Shown: positions 1 through 10,328 of the stretch, piece after piece | Layout: each line of letters begins with the position of its first letter | How positions within the stretch are numbered: position 1 is the stretch's first letter | Sequence record: OZ374592.1 | Length of the DNA: 32,000 nucleotides | Strand: one strand, 5' to 3' | Made by a program: the position numbers and the translations under genes | The notes under the pieces: generated by a model | What the model was told of the DNA's origin: nothing | Database searches by the model: none | Seen by the model: the letters and a program-made list of their open reading frames with translations, nothing else

Positions 1-1967
1 GTAATTAAATAATGATGAACAGCTCCTGTAATTAATAAAGGAGGTATAAAGATTTGATCACTTAATAATTTATCTACACGATCTGACAGAATAATAATGG
101 ATATGCCATCTTTTGCATAATCAGCACATTTGTCGCAAATTTCACTTATTTCCTTATAAAAATTCTGATTTTTCGCGTCTTGATTGCAAAAAGTACTAAT
201 TGAAACTACTGGCAAACCATAATTTGATATCTGAGCTAATTCTTTTTCATTAATAATCGGAGAATTTAATTTAATTGACCTAACCATAGAATCAGAAGGC
301 TCTAATATGTTTCCTTTTGATCCTAAATACATAGTTAATGACATGACTAAACTTTCACGTAATGGATCAATTGCAGGATTAGTAACTTGAGCAAAGCGCT
401 GTTTAAAATAATCATATAAAAGATGTTGTTTTTCAGACAAAATCGCTAAAGGAATATCATCACCCATGCAAAAGGTTGGTTCTTTAGCTGAACTAGCCAT
501 ATGTTCAATCACCAACTCTACATCTTCATTTGTATACCCAAAAGCAGTATGTAAGCGACTAATATCTTTAATATCATCACTAAAATCATCTAAATATTTT
601 TCTGATTTTAAAACCTGCTGATATTCATGCAACCATTTTTTATATGGAAATTTATTAGCTACAGATTGTTTAACAATCCAATTATCCAATATATTATTAT
701 TAATTAAGTCTACGCAAAATATCTGGCCTGGTCCTAATCTACCTTTTTGAATTATTTGACTAGGATCTACATCAAAAACACCAACTTCAGAAGATAAACT
801 AATAAAACCTGTATCAGTAATTAGATAACGAGCAGGTCTTAATCCATTTCTATCTAAAGTCGCTCCTACTATTTTACCATCACTAAAAACAACAAGTGCT
901 GGACCATCCCAAGCTTCTTGCAAATTACCATAATATTCATAAAAATCAATAACTTCAGGAAAATTATTTAAAGCTGGCTGATCATTATATGCTTCTGGTA
1001 TCAAAATCATTAATGCTTCTTGCGGACTTTTACCAGATTGAATTAGTAATTCTAAAACACAATCTAAATTAGCAGAATCACTATTTTCAGAGTTAGTAAT
1101 AGGCATTAAAATATCTTCACAATTATTCCAATAAGAATGCTTTAATAAAGCTTGTTTAGACTTCATCCAATTCAAGTTCCCTAATAATGTATTAATTTCT
1201 CCATTATGGGCCAGAAATCTCATTGGTTGAGCTAGAGGCCACTTAGGTAATGTATTTGTACTAAATCTTCTATGATAAATAGCAAAATTACTTTCATAAT
1301 CTGAATTATATAAATCAAGATAATATTGACCTAATACTTCTGAACGAACCATACCTTTGTAAACTATGGTTCTAGAAGAGAATGAACAAAAATAAAATTG
1401 CTTATTTAAATTTAAATTTGTTTGAGCAACTAATTTTTCAATTTTTTTTCTACTCAAGTATAAAGCACGTTCTAATAAATCTCCAGTCAAATTTTCTGAT
1501 TGAACTATGCACTGTTGAATTTGAGGTTGATTCATCTTTGCTTGTACTCCTAATACAGATGGATCTCTTGGCACATCACGCCAAGCAATAACCTGAAAAT
1601 TATCTTCTTCTAATGACCATTCACAAATTTGTTTTATAGCTTCAAAGCTATCATCTGGCAAAAAAATCATTGCAACACCAAAAGCAATATTTGGCTTTGT
1701 TAAACTATCTGGAATATAGCCAGCAAACAATTTCCAAGGTATCTGAGTTGTGATTCCAGCACCATCACCAGAGATACGATCAGCACTACATCCTCCTCTA
1801 TGCTCCATGCAATTTAAAGCATTCATAGCTTTTAACACTAAATCATGGGAAGGCAGTTGATTAATCTGAGTAATAAAACCTACTCCACAAGCATCTCTTT
1901 CAGTTACTATGGAAGGAGACCCAGCATATTGACTAAGTTTATAAGTAAAATGTTTTGATATTTGCAT
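1..1967 (-). CDS. gltB: Ferredoxin-dependent glutamate synthase (GOGAT), N-terminal ~655 codons; the 3' part lies beyond the window start
   Basis: ATG at 1967 on the minus strand. My translation begins MQISKHFTYKLSQYAGSPSIVTERDACGVGFITQINQLPSHDLVLKAMNALNCMEHRGGCSADRISGDGAG, which is the Ntn-amidotransferase N-terminus typical of GltB. In the same frame at the window edge it reads DQIFIPPLLITGAVHHYLI. It is absent from the ORF track only because it runs off the edge. Confidence 0.9.
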   Translation of the reverse strand, partial: MQISKHFTYKLSQYAGSPSIVTERDACGVGFITQINQLPSHDLVLKAMNALNCMEHRGGCSADRISGDGAGITTQIPWKLFAGYIPDSLTKPNIAFGVAMIFLPDDSFEAIKQICEWSLEEDNFQVIAWRDVPRDPSVLGVQAKMNQPQIQQCIVQSENLTGDLLERALYLSRKKIEKLVAQTNLNLNKQFYFCSFSSRTIVYKGMVRSEVLGQYYLDLYNSDYESNFAIYHRRFSTNTLPKWPLAQPMRFLAHNGEINTLLGNLNWMKSKQALLKHSYWNNCEDILMPITNSENSDSANLDCVLELLIQSGKSPQEALMILIPEAYNDQPALNNFPEVIDFYEYYGNLQEAWDGPALVVFSDGKIVGATLDRNGLRPARYLITDTGFISLSSEVGVFDVDPSQIIQKGRLGPGQIFCVDLINNNILDNWIVKQSVANKFPYKKWLHEYQQVLKSEKYLDDFSDDIKDISRLHTAFGYTNEDVELVIEHMASSAKEPTFCMGDDIPLAILSEKQHLLYDYFKQRFAQVTNPAIDPLRESLVMSLTMYLGSKGNILEPSDSMVRSIKLNSPIINEKELAQISNYGLPVVSISTFCNQDAKNQNFYKEISEICDKCADYAKDGISIIILSDRVDKLLSDQIFIPPLLITGAVHHYLI

Positions 1968-2261
1968 ATTATATAATTGTTTAATCAGAATAAAATGTAT
2001 AAAATATATTAAAATAAACTAAAATTGACGAATTTAACAGAAATGTAAAAACTTTATCGATTTATCTATAAAATAAATTTAAAAATAATCAAATAAAATA
2101 ATTGAATCATCAATAACAAATGTTAACAAGAATAAAAAATAATATATAATTAATAAATAATTCTATGATTTAATAAATTTACTAAATTAGTATTACACAT
2201 ATTCTTACAAAACATACAGATTTTTAAAATAATAAAACTGTATATTTTCTCAAAAAAACTT

Positions 2262-2489
2262 ATGAGCAAATATAAAAAAATTGACGCAAATCAAGTAATA
2301 TATAAAACAGAGGAATTGCTAGAAGTATCTAATAACAGATATAGGGTTACAGTACAAGTTGCCAATAGGGCAAAAAGAAGAAAATATGAAGATATTGATA
2401 TAGTAGAAGACCCACTAGTTAAACCTATTATAAGATCAATCCTGGAAATGGTTGATGAAATCACTCAACCTGAGATTATAGGTGACTAA
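2262..2489 (+). CDS. rpoZ: RNA polymerase omega subunit (ycf61)
   Basis: 75 aa. The stretch [51 protein letters not shown] matches the cyanobacterial/plastid RpoZ pattern as I remember it. Confidence 0.85.
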   Translation: MSKYKKIDANQVIYKTEELLEVSNNRYRVTVQVANRAKRRKYEDIDIVEDPLVKPIIRSILEMVDEITQPEIIGD

Positions 2490-2660
2490 AAGTATAGAAG
2501 CATCTTTTTTTAATATTTTTTAAAAAAATAAATCTCATACATGAGTATAATAAAAACATAAGTACTGATTGTAAACTTTTTATTATGATTTACAAAAAAA
2601 GCAAAATTAAAATATTAGTACTTCAATTAATTTAATATCTTGAATTTAAGGAGATAGAAT

Positions 2661-3179
2661 ATGTTAGATGCTTTTGCTAAAGTTGTTGCTCAAGCTGATG
2701 CTAGAGGTGAGTTCTTGAGTAATACACAAATAGATGCATTAGAAGCTATGGTGACAGAAGGGAATAAAAGATTAGATGTAGTAAATAAAATTAATTCAAA
2801 TGCTTCAGCTATAGTAACAAATTCAGCGCGGGCTTTATTTGCTGAACAACCACAGCTTGTACAACCTGGTGGCAATGCTTATACAAGTAGAAGAATGGCT
2901 GCATGCTTGCGTGATATGGAAATTGTATTAAGATATGTAAGTTATGCAATGATTGCTGGTGATTCTAGTGTACTAGATGATAGATGCCTAAATGGCTTAA
3001 GAGAAACTTATCAAGCATTAGGCACACCCGGGACTTCTGTAGCTGTAGCAATACAAAAAATGAAGGAAGCATCTATCGCTTTAGCAAATGACCTAGGGGG
3101 AGTAGCAGTAGGGGATTGTAGTTCTTTAACCGCAGAGCTAGGAATATATTTTGATCGTGCTGCCTTAGCAGTAGTATAA
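2661..3179 (+). CDS. cpcB: C-phycocyanin beta chain
   Basis: 172 aa starting [20 protein letters not shown], with [28 protein letters not shown] and [11 protein letters not shown] as phycocyanin-beta hallmarks. AAGGAG lies 7 nt upstream of the ATG. Confidence 0.95.
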   Translation: MLDAFAKVVAQADARGEFLSNTQIDALEAMVTEGNKRLDVVNKINSNASAIVTNSARALFAEQPQLVQPGGNAYTSRRMAACLRDMEIVLRYVSYAMIAGDSSVLDDRCLNGLRETYQALGTPGTSVAVAIQKMKEASIALANDLGGVAVGDCSSLTAELGIYFDRAALAVV

Positions 3180-3240
3180 ATCTCGAATTATAATATATAA
3201 AAAGTTATTTAACATTTTACAAAAAAAGGACAATAATATT

Positions 3241-3729
3241 ATGAAAACACCTATTACAGAAGCTATTGCATCAGCTGATAGTCAAGGTAGATTTTTAAGT
3301 AATGCTGAATTACAATCAATAAACGGTAGATACCAAAGGGCAGCATCAAGCTTAGAAGCTGCAAAATCACTAACTAACAATGCTCAAAGGCTAATTACTG
3401 GTGCTGCTCAAGCAGTATATACAAAATTTCCTTTCGTAACTCAGATGCCGGGCCCAACTTATGCATCAAGCGCAATTGGGAAAGCTAAATGTGCACGTGA
3501 TATAGGTTATTACTTAAGAATGACCACTTATTGTTTAGTTGTAGGTGCAACTGGACCAATGGATGAATATCTAGTTGCAGGATTAGAAGAAATTAATCGT
3601 AGCTTTGAACTATCACCTAGCTGGTTCATAGAAGCTTTACAGTACATAAAAATAAGTCATGGATTATCTGGACAAGCTGCTAATGAGGCAAATACTTATA
3701 TAGATTATGCTATTAACACTTTAAGTTAA
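3241..3729 (+). CDS. cpcA: C-phycocyanin alpha chain
   Basis: 162 aa starting [20 protein letters not shown], with [12 protein letters not shown] and [15 protein letters not shown]. It sits 61 nt downstream of cpcB, the classical cpcBA arrangement. Confidence 0.95.
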   Translation: MKTPITEAIASADSQGRFLSNAELQSINGRYQRAASSLEAAKSLTNNAQRLITGAAQAVYTKFPFVTQMPGPTYASSAIGKAKCARDIGYYLRMTTYCLVVGATGPMDEYLVAGLEEINRSFELSPSWFIEALQYIKISHGLSGQAANEANTYIDYAINTLS

Positions 3730-3763
3730 TAATCACTTATAAACTTCCATAAAAATATTAAAC

Positions 3764-3833
3764 AAGATAACTGGAAATACAAATATTAAATTAAGGTAAA
3801 AATATTTTACAAATATTTCCAGTTTCTTATCTT
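3764..3833 (+). terminator. Long compound stem-loop downstream of cpcA; candidate 3' end or stabilising structure
   Basis: ctggaaata (3771-3779) pairs with tatttccag (3814-3822). aagataa (3764-3770) pairs with ttatctt (3827-3833) across a 4-nt bulge. An inner 7-bp stem pairs 3781-3787 with 3801-3807. Confidence 0.45.
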
Positions 3834-3993
3834 ACTATAATTTTAATATAAACATATACTTGACCTAATATAAAAAAGTTGTTATATGTACTCGTATAAA
3901 TGCTTGTTATTATTTAATAATTAAAATTAACAATACTTTATTCGGTTTTAATAAATACCTATTACCTAATCATTTAACTTACTTTTATACTTT

Positions 3994-5583
3994 ATGCAAA
4001 AAGAACCTCTTTACCCCATAGTTCTAACAATCCTTGATGGTTGGGGATATAGCAATAATACTACAGGAAATGCAATACAATTAGCAGAAACACCTAATAT
4101 GGATCAAATATGGCGAAAATATGCCCATACATTACTTAACGCATCTGGTGAAGATGTAGGATTACCTGAAAATCAAATGGGCAATTCAGAAGTAGGGCAC
4201 ACAACCATAGGATCAGGAAGAACTATAAATCAAGATTTAGTTAGGATAAGCAAATCTATTGAAGACAATACATTTTTTCAAAACTCTATACTTAATGAAA
4301 TTTTTCAAAAAACTAAAATTAATCAATCAAAATTACACTTAATAGGACTTTGTTCAAACGGAGGAGTACATTCACATATTAAGCATTTAATAGCACTAAT
4401 AGAAATAAGCAAAACTTACAATATTGAAACATGTATTCATTTAATTACTGATGGTCGAGATACTAAGCCAAATACAGCTCAAATATTTATACAAGAAATT
4501 ATCAACAAAATTTATAATACAAAAAAGATAAATATTTGTACCATTAGCGGAAGGTACTATAGTATGGATAGAGATTGCAGATGGTCTAGAACTGAAAAAG
4601 CATATAATATGTTAATAGATAATAAAATTGAAAAAATACAAGATCCTATAGCTTTAGTAAATAAAAACTACAATAATGGTATTTCAGATGAATTTATTCC
4701 ACCAACAAGAATTTATAAAGGAAATATCAAGAGTAATGATGGATTAATTTTTTTTAATTTCAGACCTGACAGAATACGTCAGCTTTTACATTGTTTTACA
4801 AAAAATCCATTTAAAGGCTTTAAAATTCAACCTATTAAAAATTTGAATATAGCTACATTCACAAGGTATGACAGCAGTATATCTGTTCCAATAATTTTTA
4901 AACCTCAAGACCATAAAAATTTTTTAGGCGAAATTTTATCTAATAATGGCTTAAAACAATTCCGTTTAGCTGAAACAGAAAAATATGCACATGTTACATA
5001 TTTTTTTAATGGAGGTATAGAAGAACCATTTCCAGGAGAAGATCGAGAACTTATCTCAAGCCCTGAAGTAGAAACATATGATTTAACACCTCAAATGTCA
5101 GCATATCAATTAACAGAAAGTGTCATTTATGCTATCAAAAAAAATATATATCAATTTATCGTAATTAATTATGCGAATGCTGATATGGTAGGACATACTG
5201 GCAAGTTAAATGCAACTATTGATGCAATTAATTATGTTGATAAATGTATAGGCAAATTATTACAAGCTACACAAGAAGTAAATGCCACATTAATGATAAC
5301 AGCTGATCATGGAAATGCGGACTATATGCTGGACTCCAATAATCAGCCTTGCACATCACATAGCACCAATCCTGTACCATTTATTATAATTAATGATTAT
5401 ATTAATAAAACTCAAACTAAACTACGCAAAAATGGTTGCCTAGCAGATATAGCACCTACTATTTTAGAAATGTTCAATATAAAAATACCAAATGATATGG
5501 ACGGTAAATCATTAATAGAAAATACAAATATTATAAAGATTACTGATAATTATGCAAGACAACAAAATAACCTCTCACCATAA
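3994..5583 (+). CDS. pgmA: 2,3-bisphosphoglycerate-independent phosphoglycerate mutase
   Basis: 529 aa. Motifs: ILDGWGYS, NSEVGHTTIGSGR, NGGVHSH, TDGRDT, NYANADMVGHTG and TADHGNA, consistent with the iPGM metal and phosphoserine sites. Confidence 0.9.
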   Translation: MQKEPLYPIVLTILDGWGYSNNTTGNAIQLAETPNMDQIWRKYAHTLLNASGEDVGLPENQMGNSEVGHTTIGSGRTINQDLVRISKSIEDNTFFQNSILNEIFQKTKINQSKLHLIGLCSNGGVHSHIKHLIALIEISKTYNIETCIHLITDGRDTKPNTAQIFIQEIINKIYNTKKINICTISGRYYSMDRDCRWSRTEKAYNMLIDNKIEKIQDPIALVNKNYNNGISDEFIPPTRIYKGNIKSNDGLIFFNFRPDRIRQLLHCFTKNPFKGFKIQPIKNLNIATFTRYDSSISVPIIFKPQDHKNFLGEILSNNGLKQFRLAETEKYAHVTYFFNGGIEEPFPGEDRELISSPEVETYDLTPQMSAYQLTESVIYAIKKNIYQFIVINYANADMVGHTGKLNATIDAINYVDKCIGKLLQATQEVNATLMITADHGNADYMLDSNNQPCTSHSTNPVPFIIINDYINKTQTKLRKNGCLADIAPTILEMFNIKIPNDMDGKSLIENTNIIKITDNYARQQNNLSP

Positions 5584-6112
5584 ATTTAATAAGATTTCAA
5601 TTTTTTCAGCCAAAAATTTAAATCATTATAAAAAGAACCAGTATCTATTTCATCATTTAATTCCTCTTGAATGGAGAATGTTATTAATGAGTGATGGATC
5701 ATTTACACAAAGCTTATATTCTTTAACGAATCAGAAAATACATATAGTATTAATATCAAAACAAAATTATAAACAAACAAATAACTTAAATAATATCAGA
5801 CATGTTTTACTTCAAGATGAGAATAATATAAACTTAGCATTTGCCAAATCTTTATGGTTAAACAAACAAAATCAAAGCATAGAAATTCCACTCGACCAAC
5901 CTATTGGAAAATCATTAATTAAATTCAAAACAGATATACACAAAGAAATACATGAAATATATTATGGCTACTGTCAATATTTGAATATATTGTTTAAATG
6001 TAGTGCACCAATATGGGGCAGAAAATATACTATTTACCACAAAAATAAACCTTTAACTATAATAGAAGAAATTTTTTCTCCTCACCTAATTAAATTTTTC
6101 AAACAATATTAA
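5552..6112 (+). CDS. ycf21: ycf21 family protein (chorismate-lyase-like, DUF564)
   Basis: 186 aa. The motif PLEWRMLLMSDGSFTQSL resembles the conserved ycf21/UbiC-like core. Its position between pgmA and secA fits red-algal plastids as I recall. The ATG overlaps the pgmA 3' end, so the true start is uncertain. Confidence 0.65.
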   Translation: MQDNKITSHHKFNKISIFSAKNLNHYKKNQYLFHHLIPLEWRMLLMSDGSFTQSLYSLTNQKIHIVLISKQNYKQTNNLNNIRHVLLQDENNINLAFAKSLWLNKQNQSIEIPLDQPIGKSLIKFKTDIHKEIHEIYYGYCQYLNILFKCSAPIWGRKYTIYHKNKPLTIIEEIFSPHLIKFFKQY

Positions 6113-6136
6113 TAATAAATAATAACACGAATTAGA

Positions 6137-8770
6137 ATGCTTAATTTTTTAACTAATAAAAACCAAAAACAATTTCAAAATCTTGTAAAAAAAACAAAAA
6201 ATTTTAGTAATATTTTCAGCCATTACTCTAATTCAGAATTAAAACAACAAACTAAAAAATTAAAACAAAAATTAGATGATGGAATCACTTGTGAGCAAAT
6301 TTTGCCAGAAGCCTTTGGAGTAGCAAAAGAAGCTATAAAAAGAGCCTTAAAGATAGAATTATTTGATGTTCAAATTTTAGGTGGCATTGTATTGCATTAT
6401 GGAAAAATTGCAGAAATGAAAACAGGTGAAGGAAAAACACTTGTAGCTATTTTGCCAGGATATTTAAATGCTTTAAAAAATAAAGGAGTACATGTAATTA
6501 CAGTAAATGATTATCTAGCAAAAAGAGATGCTGAATTAAATCGTAGAGTTTATAAATATTTAGATCTTACAGTAGGATTAGTTCAGCAATCAATGAATGC
6601 ATTGGAGAGAAAGAAAGAATACTATTGCGATATTACTTATATTACAAATAATGAATTGGGTTTTGATTATTTAAGAGATAATATGGCTATACATAAAAAT
6701 GATATCGTACAAAGGGGTTTTCATTTTGCTATTATAGATGAAGTTGATTCTATATTAATAGACGAAGCCAGAACACCATTAATCATTTCTGGACCATCTG
6801 AAAAACCAACAGATAAATATAAAAAAAGCCAAAAAATATCAATAGAATTATTGCATGATTTACATTATGACATGGATGAAAAGGCTAAAAATATTACGTT
6901 AACAGAAGAAGGTATTATTACATGTGAAAAAATATTGAATATAAATAATTTATATAATATTGGTAATCCTTGGATTCAGTACATCCTTAATGCATTAAAA
7001 GCTAAAGAATTTTTTTTTAAAAATATACATTATATTGTAAAAAACGAAGAAATTGTTATTGTAGATGAATTTACGGGAAGAATCATGGAGGGTAGAAGAT
7101 GGAGTGACGGTTTACATCAAGCTATCGAAGCAAAAGAAGATATCAAAATTCAACCTGAAAATAAAACTTTAGCATCTATTACATACCAAAACCTATTTCT
7201 ATTATACAAAAAATTATCTGGTATGACTGGAACAGCTAAAACTGAAGAAACTGAACTCGATAAAATTTATAAACTCGAAGTGCAAGAAATTCCTACTAAC
7301 AAACCATGTAAACGGAAAGACTTGTCTGATCTCGTATATAAAAATGAATACAATAAATGGCAGGCCGTTGCAAATGAATGCTATGATATGTACAAAATAG
7401 GTCGACCAACTCTTATTGGAACAACAAGTGTAGAAAAATCAGAATTTTTAGCAAATATATTAGATGAGCTGCAAATTCCCTATAATTTACTAAATGCTAA
7501 ACCTCAAAATATTAAGCGTGAATCAGAAATAATAACACAAGCCGGAAGAAAACATGCAATTACTATATCGACTAATATGGCTGGCAGAGGAACAGATATA
7601 GTATTAGGTGGAAACCCTGATAATATGACAAAAATTGTAATAATAAATTATCTTAGAACTAAGTTAGATAAGAAATATACACAAGAAATGAAAAATATCC
7701 CTCATAATATACATTACATCTTAAATAAACTGGATGATCAAGCAGCATGTACTACATTAACTGTCAAGGATGTAAATAAGTTTTTAGAAGAAATAGAATT
7801 AAATCAAAAGGTAGATCATCCATTGTATGCTAACATTAAAAACATATATATTGAAATTTTAAAATACTATCAAGAATCTTTTTTTAAAGAAAAACAACAA
7901 GTAATAAAATTAGGCGGATTACATGTAATAGGTACAGAACGACATGAATCACGCCGAATTGATAATCAACTTAAAGGACGTGCTGGAAGACAAGGAGATG
8001 CCGGATCATCACGCTTCTTTCTTAGTTTAGAAGATAACTTATTAAGGATTTTTGGTGGAGATAAAATATCAAAGTTAATGCAGCAACTAAGTATAGATAG
8101 CAATATACCGATAGAGTCTGTGATTTTGAGCAAAAGTTTAGATTCTGCACAAAAAAAAGTTGAATCATATTTTTATGATATTAGAAAACAATTGTTTGAA
8201 TATGATGAAGTCATAAATAGTCAAAGGCAGGCTATTTATGCTGAGAGAAAACGCATACTAAAATCTAATTTTACAAGAGATTGTATTATTGAATATGGGG
8301 AAAATACAATAGATGAAATATTATCAATATACTACAATGAATATAACTCCAATGATAAACTTATTATTCTTAAAAAGATTAATAAATTATTGAATTTAAC
8401 AGAAACTCTAAATATAAATAATATGCAAGATATGAAATATATACAAGTAAAACACTTTTTATATGAGCAATTACGTATTACATATGACTTAAGAGAGAGT
8501 TATTTAGAGCAACTAAGACCTGGGCTAATTAGACAATTGGAAAAATATTATCTTTTACAACAAATAGATAAAGCTTGGCAAGAGCATTTAGAAAAAATGT
8601 CATTATTGCGAGAATCTATTGGATGGAGAAGTTATGGACAACAAGATCCATTAATTGAATACAAAAATGAAGCATTTAATCTCTTTATAAATATGGTCAC
8701 ATATATTAGACAAACTGTTTTATATTTAACTATGCGCTCAAGACTAATTATTAATAATAAATATACATAA
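6137..8770 (+). CDS. secA: Preprotein translocase ATPase SecA
   Basis: 877 aa. Motifs: MKTGEGKTLV (Walker A), IIDEVDSILIDEARTPLIISG, TNMAGRGTDI and GLHVIGTERHESRRIDNQLKGRAGRQGD. Confidence 0.95.
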   Translation: MLNFLTNKNQKQFQNLVKKTKNFSNIFSHYSNSELKQQTKKLKQKLDDGITCEQILPEAFGVAKEAIKRALKIELFDVQILGGIVLHYGKIAEMKTGEGKTLVAILPGYLNALKNKGVHVITVNDYLAKRDAELNRRVYKYLDLTVGLVQQSMNALERKKEYYCDITYITNNELGFDYLRDNMAIHKNDIVQRGFHFAIIDEVDSILIDEARTPLIISGPSEKPTDKYKKSQKISIELLHDLHYDMDEKAKNITLTEEGIITCEKILNINNLYNIGNPWIQYILNALKAKEFFFKNIHYIVKNEEIVIVDEFTGRIMEGRRWSDGLHQAIEAKEDIKIQPENKTLASITYQNLFLLYKKLSGMTGTAKTEETELDKIYKLEVQEIPTNKPCKRKDLSDLVYKNEYNKWQAVANECYDMYKIGRPTLIGTTSVEKSEFLANILDELQIPYNLLNAKPQNIKRESEIITQAGRKHAITISTNMAGRGTDIVLGGNPDNMTKIVIINYLRTKLDKKYTQEMKNIPHNIHYILNKLDDQAACTTLTVKDVNKFLEEIELNQKVDHPLYANIKNIYIEILKYYQESFFKEKQQVIKLGGLHVIGTERHESRRIDNQLKGRAGRQGDAGSSRFFLSLEDNLLRIFGGDKISKLMQQLSIDSNIPIESVILSKSLDSAQKKVESYFYDIRKQLFEYDEVINSQRQAIYAERKRILKSNFTRDCIIEYGENTIDEILSIYYNEYNSNDKLIILKKINKLLNLTETLNINNMQDMKYIQVKHFLYEQLRITYDLRESYLEQLRPGLIRQLEKYYLLQQIDKAWQEHLEKMSLLRESIGWRSYGQQDPLIEYKNEAFNLFINMVTYIRQTVLYLTMRSRLIINNKYT

Positions 8771-8879
8771 AAAAAATTAATATCGTCAAAAGACTAAAGG
8801 TTGACATGAACTATAAAATTGTTTAATGTTAATATATGGATTATACTATATAAATACTTATATAATTTATAAGCTTTAC

Positions 8880-8952
8880 GCCCCCATCGTCTAGAGGCCT
8901 AGGACATCTCCCTTTCACGGAGGTAACGGGGATTCGAATTCCCCTGGGGGTA
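8880..8952 (+). tRNA. trnE: tRNA-Glu (UUC)
   Basis: 73-nt cloverleaf folded by hand. Acceptor GCCCCCA/TGGGGGT has the G1-U72 pair typical of plastid tRNA-Glu. The anticodon loop is CTTTCAC and the T arm is GGGGA-TTCGAAT-TCCCC. Confidence 0.9.
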
Positions 8953-8963
8953 ATAAAAAAATA

Positions 8964-9755
8964 TTAAATGTTGATAGATTCTCTAATTTTTTCACAAAAC
9001 TCACCTAAAGATTTAATAGCTTCATTCTCTGATTTATCTGACATAGTTTTAATAAATGCACTACCAATAACTATGCCATCTACATGCCACTTTGACACAC
9101 GTGCTGCTTGTTCAGCATTAGATATACCAAAACCTAAAATTACAAATTTATCTGTTTTTGATTTAATTCTTTTAGCTAATTTATCAACCTTAACATTAAT
9201 TTCATTTCTTAAACCTGTTACACCTTTACTACTAACTAAATAAATACATCCTGGGGATTTTGATACAATTGATCTTATTCGTATTTCTGAGCTTGTAGGT
9301 GCAATAAATAAAATTAATTCAATATTAAATTTCGCACATAAATTAATTAAGTAATCTGTTTCTTCTAATGGCAGATCAGGAATAATTAATCCTTGAGCTC
9401 CTGATTTAGCAATATCTTCAATAAATTTTTTAATTCCTTTAACTAAAATAGGATTATAATAAGTAAAAATTACTACAGGAGCATTTAAATTAGGACTTAC
9501 ATTTTTCAACATCTGTAATACTTCGTCAATATAAACTCCCTGCTCTAAAGCTATGCGGGAAGACTCTTGAATAATTGGCCCATCTGCTAAAGCATCTGAA
9601 TAAGGAATACCTAATTCTATGATATCAGCACCCTTACTATCCAAAGTATATAATGCTTGAATAGTAGTATTTAAACTAGGAAATCCTGCTGTAATAAATG
9701 GAATTAAAGCACACTCAGGACCCTTATTACGTAAAGTTTGAGAAATTATGGTCAT
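8964..9755 (-). CDS. trpA: Tryptophan synthase alpha chain
   Basis: 263 aa with LIPFITAGFP and ELGIPYSDALADGPIIQ, the TrpA active-site region. Confidence 0.9.
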   Translation of the reverse strand: MTIISQTLRNKGPECALIPFITAGFPSLNTTIQALYTLDSKGADIIELGIPYSDALADGPIIQESSRIALEQGVYIDEVLQMLKNVSPNLNAPVVIFTYYNPILVKGIKKFIEDIAKSGAQGLIIPDLPLEETDYLINLCAKFNIELILFIAPTSSEIRIRSIVSKSPGCIYLVSSKGVTGLRNEINVKVDKLAKRIKSKTDKFVILGFGISNAEQAARVSKWHVDGIVIGSAFIKTMSDKSENEAIKSLGEFCEKIRESINI

Positions 9756-9804
9756 ATTTATATATATACAATCTTATAAATAACAAACTATTAAAATAAA
9801 TTTA

Positions 9805-9876
9805 ATGGGTTGCCCGGGATTCGAACCCGGAACTAATCGGTTAAAAGCCGAGTACTCTACCATTGAGTTAGCAACC
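9805..9876 (-). tRNA. trnK: tRNA-Lys (UUU), no intron
   Basis: The reverse complement folds as GGGTTGC-TA-ACTC..GAGT-A-CTCGG-CTTTTAA-CCGAT-TAGTT-CCGGG-TTCGAAT-CCCGG-GCAACCC-A. The anticodon is TTT. Confidence 0.9.
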
Positions 9877-10328
9877 CTTCTATATTCTATAAACATAAAT
9901 AACACAGTAATAAAAGAATATCAAGTCCATTGAAATTATACATATGCACTAAGTATCAATAATAATAATATATCCTTAATCAAAATTAAAGTTAATCCCA
10001 TTAAAATTATTATAAAAGTAATTGTTATTTTTTAATTTAATTATCTATTAAATTACTATATAAAAATTATAACGTTCAAATGATTATTAGTTAATATGAA
10101 TATATAAATATTATAAACAGATAGATAACTCTTGATAAATTTAAAACAAATAATTATATAAGATGCATCAATTACCGCAGACTAGATTAAAAATAAACAA
10201 TTTATATCCAATACAATAATATAAAAGACCAAATTAATAATATGATGATAAGTTCTTAATAAAATTGTAAAGCACTAAAATTTACTTTAAAATATAATCG
10301 ATCAAAAAAACTAAAATCCTTCAACACT

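Noticed and set aside
1382-1591. 69-aa plus-strand ORF in the ORF track
   Set aside because: It lies entirely antisense inside gltB, whose minus-strand frame is continuous and clearly GOGAT. It is a low-complexity shadow ORF.
2569-2595. Inverted repeat ttgtaaa-N13-tttacaa upstream of cpcB, checked as a possible NtcA site. I also scanned the gltB/rpoZ divergent spacer (1968-2261) for GTA-N8-TAC.
   Set aside because: The GTA and TAC halves are 17 nt apart rather than the 8 nt of the NtcA consensus. I found no GTA-N8-TAC in the gltB upstream spacer.
2690-2875. 61-aa minus-strand ORF
   Set aside because: It is antisense within cpcB, an unmistakable phycocyanin beta gene, so it is a shadow frame.
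8801-8847. Sigma70-like promoter elements upstream of trnE: TTGACA at 8801-8806, and TTGTTT-17 nt-TATACT at 8819-8847
   Set aside because: TATAAT-like hexamers occur by chance everywhere in DNA this AT-rich, and the -10 partner of the TTGACA is poor (TAATGT). This cannot be supported without transcript 5'-end data.
8968-9243. 91-aa plus-strand ORF
   Set aside because: It is antisense within trpA and has no recognisable motif.
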